A stretch of DNA of 30,373 nucleotides from the NCBI GenBank assembly GCA_016177705.1, contig JACOUT010000005.1, positions 1 through 30,373 of the forward strand, in the 5' to 3' direction. Numbering within the stretch: the stretch's first letter is position 1; each line of letters begins with the position of its first letter. The stretch is from Deltaproteobacteria bacterium. Its GTDB lineage: Bacteria > Myxococcota > UBA727 > VGSZ01. Below the pieces are notes generated by a model that did not search any database, was not told the origin of the DNA, and saw only the letters and a program-made list of their open reading frames with translations. Positions 27,580 to 30,373 of the stretch are shown in pieces. The translations under genes were made by a program, and so were the position numbers.

Positions 27580-30373
27580 ATGCGCGGGCCATTGCTGCTC
27601 ACGGCCTTCATGTTCGTGTTGGCTTGTCCGGCCCTGTTGGACGGCGGGGGCGAGGAGGGCGAGGGCGAAACAAGCGAGGGTGAGGGAGAGGGCGAGGGCG
27701 AGGGAGAGGGTGAGGGTGAGGGAGAGGGTGAGGGAGAGGGTGAGGGTGAGGGCCTACGCTTCGGCGGCATCGCGCACGTCGTCGCGGATGGCACCGGCGC
27801 AGTGGTCGTGACCTGGCTCGAGGCGGTCGACGACGTCACCGCGCACGCGCAGATGAGCTACCACCTGTACCGCGACGACAGCGAGGCCGCCGTGATCGCG
27901 CAGGTCGACGGCGGTGGAGCGCCCGTTGCCACATTCACGGGTGTCACGCAGAGCACGATCACGGGCCTGAGCGCGGGCCAGACGATCTGGCTGTTGGTCG
28001 TCGCCCAGGACGGCGATGGCAACACCAGCAGCGACCGGCGCGCGGTCCCCGCCACCACGGCATCTGTTCCGCTGGTCTTGCGCGCCCCCGTGACCGACCT
28101 GTCGACCCTCGACGTCGCCGTGACCGAACACGGCGTGGACGCGTTCACGGTCGTCGGTCCTGACGCTGCTGCGCTCGCGGTCGGCGACCTCATCATCGTA
28201 GACAACACGTTTGGTCGAACGCTGCGCCGGATCATCGCCTACGCCGGCAGCGGACCTGACTTCGCGATGACAACCGAGAAAGCCGACCTGATGGCCGCGA
28301 TCCAGTCGGGCGAGGTGCGCGCGTCCGCTGTGATGGTGTCCCCCGAGACCAGCGGGCTGTCGGGCCAGGCCGCCGGACACTGGTCGCGCCGCTACCACGA
28401 TGACAGCACGGGCTTGTCCATCACCGAGAGCGGCACGCGCCGCGTCGACTTCCTTGAGACCGACGGCGTCGCGCCATTGGCGGTCGATGACCTCGAAGAC
28501 GGCATCACGCTCGAATACGAGATGGGTTTCGAGCCGAGCTTCGAAGCGATCGTGCGCTTCAGCGACAGCTTCGTCGACACTCCGGAGTCGATCCGCATGA
28601 CGGCTACCGGGGCGTTCACGGTGCACGGCCTCGCTGCGTTCCAGACCTCGGGCGAGCTCGAAGTGGAGAAGGAGAAGGAGCTGCTCTCGCGCACGTTCCG
28701 CATGGTCTACGCGGTGGGCGGAGTTCCCGTGTACCAGGAAGTCATCCTCACGTTGATGGGAGCCGTGGAGCTCAACGCCGCCAGCAGCTTCGTCGCCGCC
28801 ATGGAGGTCGACGCGGAGAAGACCTTCACGTTCGGCTTTCAGTGGAATGAAGCGAGCGGTGCGCAGCTGATCCGCGAAGACGGCTTCACCCAGGAGACCA
28901 CCTTCACGCTCACCAGCGACGCGGAGGCCTCCGTCACGCTCAAGGTCTATCCGGTCATCAAGACGCGCTTCTACAAGGTCGCATCGGCGTCGCTCGAGGT
29001 GGTACCGCAGCTCACCGCGGAGGCACGAGCGCGCTTCCTGCCGCTGCCCGTGGAGCTCGAGAAGGCCGACGTCGACTTCGTCGTCGACGCCGGTGTGGAG
29101 CTCGACCTGTCGATCTTCTCGAAGAACCTGTGGAAGTGGGAGAGCCCGCGCGTGGAGCTGTACCGCGTGCCAATACACAGCCAACCCGAGATCAAAGCGA
29201 TGGCGACCACGACCACCGGCAACACGTGTCACCCGTTGTCGTTCTTCCTCGGCATCCAGGATGGGTACCTGAACAAGGTGCTACCGGAGAACATCGGGCT
29301 CGCTGTCTCGCCGCCAGGCCCGGTGCTGTCCATCATCGGCGTCCGCGGCGAGATCGAATCGAGCATGCCCGGCACCTTCGAGGTGCAGGTGAGCGCGTAC
29401 GGTGACGGCGTGCTCGGTCCCATCGGCGCGCGCCACACGACATTCGAGGTGACGTTCGAGGACGCGGGTCTGCCCTGCGATCAGGTGCCGCCGCCGGGCG
29501 CCGGCCGCGCGCTCAGCTGCCTTCTGGACGTCGAGAGCGGGCTGATCGCGCCGCCATATTTCTCGCAGGATCGGATCGAAACGCCGATGCCCACGCTGGT
29601 CGCCGGCGGCCCCTGGTTGATGCTGCCGATGCGCATGGTGCGACCCATGACGCTCTCTTTGCTCATCTACTACGACGACCAGGGAGGCGCTTGGGAGAGC
29701 GGCGGCGGAGGACCCATCGGCCTCTTCGAGCCGATGCCATTCGAGGGCGTCATCCAAGTCCCGTTCATCCTCGAGAACGGCTTCACGACCTATAACGCCC
29801 CGCCGCGCGTGTACCGGCCGGCCATGTGGCTCGATGACTGCGAGACGCCGTCACCGTATGTGCTCTGCGAGAGCACGCAGTGGTGGTTCCTCACGCCCGG
29901 CACCTCCGGTGGCTTGCCGTTCCCTGACACGTACGATGTGACCACCGGCCGGCTCGGTGACGACGTCACCTCCAGTGCTGACGACGAGGCCTGCTACAAC
30001 CAGCCCACCGGGATCCCGATCCCCACCTTCGAGCTGGTGGGGCCGCGCGCGATCGCCGACCGCGACGACACTCCAGCGGGCGCCACCAGCCTTCAGCAGT
30101 TCGTGCGCGTGCGCAAGAGCGGCGGCGGCAGCGACGACGACTTCTTCCGCTTCGACCCGGCCGAGAACACACCGGGTGGGCCCGTTGTGTTCGATCAGAC
30201 TCCACCCGCGCCGCTCGAGGAGGGCTGCATGGTGGTCGTGCGCGCGGCGCTGGAGGCAGGCGGCACAGCGCCGCACCTCAAGGTGCACGACGGCGAGGCG
30301 GGCGCCGCGGCCGACAACGCGATCGTCGCCGAGGGCGACGGCGAGGTGTCGTTCCTGCCGAACCCCACGCACG
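27580..30373 (+). CDS. Large secreted lipoprotein (>930 aa, 3' end beyond the window). It has a signal peptide with lipobox, an ~17x Glu-Gly linker, an FN3-like domain, then a large beta-rich region.
   Basis: MRGPLLLTAFMFVLAC has an LAC lipobox. It is followed by PALLDGGGEEGEGETSEGEGEGEGEG...LRFGGIAHVVADGTGAVVVTWLEAVDDVTAHAQMSYHLYRDD...ITGLSAGQTIWLLVVAQDGDGNTS, an FN3-like W/Y/ITGL/GN.S pattern. The frame stays open to position 30373 with strong GC3 bias. The track shows no terminated plus ORF in this frame because it runs off the window. The listed 27754..29232(-) 492-aa ORF is its antisense shadow. Confidence 0.7.
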   Translation, partial: MRGPLLLTAFMFVLACPALLDGGGEEGEGETSEGEGEGEGEGEGEGEGEGEGEGEGEGLRFGGIAHVVADGTGAVVVTWLEAVDDVTAHAQMSYHLYRDDSEAAVIAQVDGGGAPVATFTGVTQSTITGLSAGQTIWLLVVAQDGDGNTSSDRRAVPATTASVPLVLRAPVTDLSTLDVAVTEHGVDAFTVVGPDAAALAVGDLIIVDNTFGRTLRRIIAYAGSGPDFAMTTEKADLMAAIQSGEVRASAVMVSPETSGLSGQAAGHWSRRYHDDSTGLSITESGTRRVDFLETDGVAPLAVDDLEDGITLEYEMGFEPSFEAIVRFSDSFVDTPESIRMTATGAFTVHGLAAFQTSGELEVEKEKELLSRTFRMVYAVGGVPVYQEVILTLMGAVELNAASSFVAAMEVDAEKTFTFGFQWNEASGAQLIREDGFTQETTFTLTSDAEASVTLKVYPVIKTRFYKVASASLEVVPQLTAEARARFLPLPVELEKADVDFVVDAGVELDLSIFSKNLWKWESPRVELYRVPIHSQPEIKAMATTTTGNTCHPLSFFLGIQDGYLNKVLPENIGLAVSPPGPVLSIIGVRGEIESSMPGTFEVQVSAYGDGVLGPIGARHTTFEVTFEDAGLPCDQVPPPGAGRALSCLLDVESGLIAPPYFSQDRIETPMPTLVAGGPWLMLPMRMVRPMTLSLLIYYDDQGGAWESGGGGPIGLFEPMPFEGVIQVPFILENGFTTYNAPPRVYRPAMWLDDCETPSPYVLCESTQWWFLTPGTSGGLPFPDTYDVTTGRLGDDVTSSADDEACYNQPTGIPIPTFELVGPRAIADRDDTPAGATSLQQFVRVRKSGGGSDDDFFRFDPAENTPGGPVVFDQTPPAPLEEGCMVVVRAALEAGGTAPHLKVHDGEAGAAADNAIVAEGDGEVSFLPNPTH
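27652..27753. repeat. GAGGGY / GAGGGA hexamer repeat encoding the (Glu-Gly)n linker of the 27580 lipoprotein.
   Basis: Directly visible as gagggcgagggcgagggagagggtgagggtgagggagagggtgag.... The same repeat class, on the opposite strand and in a different gene, occurs at 559..722. Confidence 0.9.

Noticed and set aside
27754-29232. The 492-aa minus-strand ORF inside the large lipoprotein gene.
   Set aside because: It is antisense to a plus-strand frame with a signal peptide, lipobox, FN3-like domain and strong GC3 bias. Its own translation is Arg/Gly/Asp-rich with no features.

Overview
This is a ~30.4 kb bacterial chromosomal segment with very high GC (about 70% or more by eye; not computed). 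The six-frame track therefore fills with long overlapping stop-free ORFs. I separated real genes from shadows by recognisable protein signatures, signal peptides with lipoboxes, third-codon-position G/C bias, start-codon context and start/stop overlaps.

The gene content points to a Gram-negative organism, most plausibly a myxobacterium (Myxococcota). The evidence is many lipobox lipoproteins, Myxococcus-type cysteine-rich repeats, and the mltF, mpl and secA genes together with an RND/MFP/TolC efflux operon.

The confident housekeeping and envelope genes are:
- secA (16755..19943, +)
- mpl, the murein peptide ligase (14318..15772, -), translationally coupled to a TlpA-like thioredoxin lipoprotein
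- mltF (7807..9282, -)
- a three-gene efflux operon on the minus strand: TolC-like outer membrane factor, periplasmic adaptor, RND permease (25860 down to 20149)
- an ArsR-family regulator and AHSA1/SRPBCC protein pair (26454..27300, +)

The accessory-looking content is:
- a cluster of three secreted lipoproteins at the left end: an EG-linker/Gly-rich lipoprotein, a VWA-domain lipoprotein with an intact MIDAS motif, and a beta-helix-repeat lipoprotein with a C-terminal Cys-rich knot
- an NrtR-like Nudix/winged-helix regulator with a degenerate Nudix box, next to a DUF2809-like membrane protein
- a tandem-GNAT acetyltransferase translationally coupled to a 12-cysteine mini-lipoprotein
- a neutral-ceramidase-like lipoprotein plus an S33 alpha/beta-hydrolase lipoprotein
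- a >930-aa lipoprotein with an EG-repeat linker and an FN3-like domain, running off the right edge

Sequence-level oddities are:
- two independent hexamer-type repeat tracts encoding (Glu-Gly)n, one at each end of the window
- a (GTGCCC)5 microsatellite in a promoter region
- a 24-bp near-perfect palindrome centred on the arsR start codon (CAT|ATG), a likely autoregulatory operator on a leaderless promoter
- an ~84-bp nested dyad-symmetry element whose arm motif CCGGACGGATAC recurs a third time, upstream of the efflux operon
- a lower-GC patch with an apparently frameshifted small ORF
- several GTGA / TGAgGTG start-stop overlaps

I found no rRNA, tRNA, CRISPR array, integrase or transposase. 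Every function call is from pattern recognition of motifs by eye. No database search was run.
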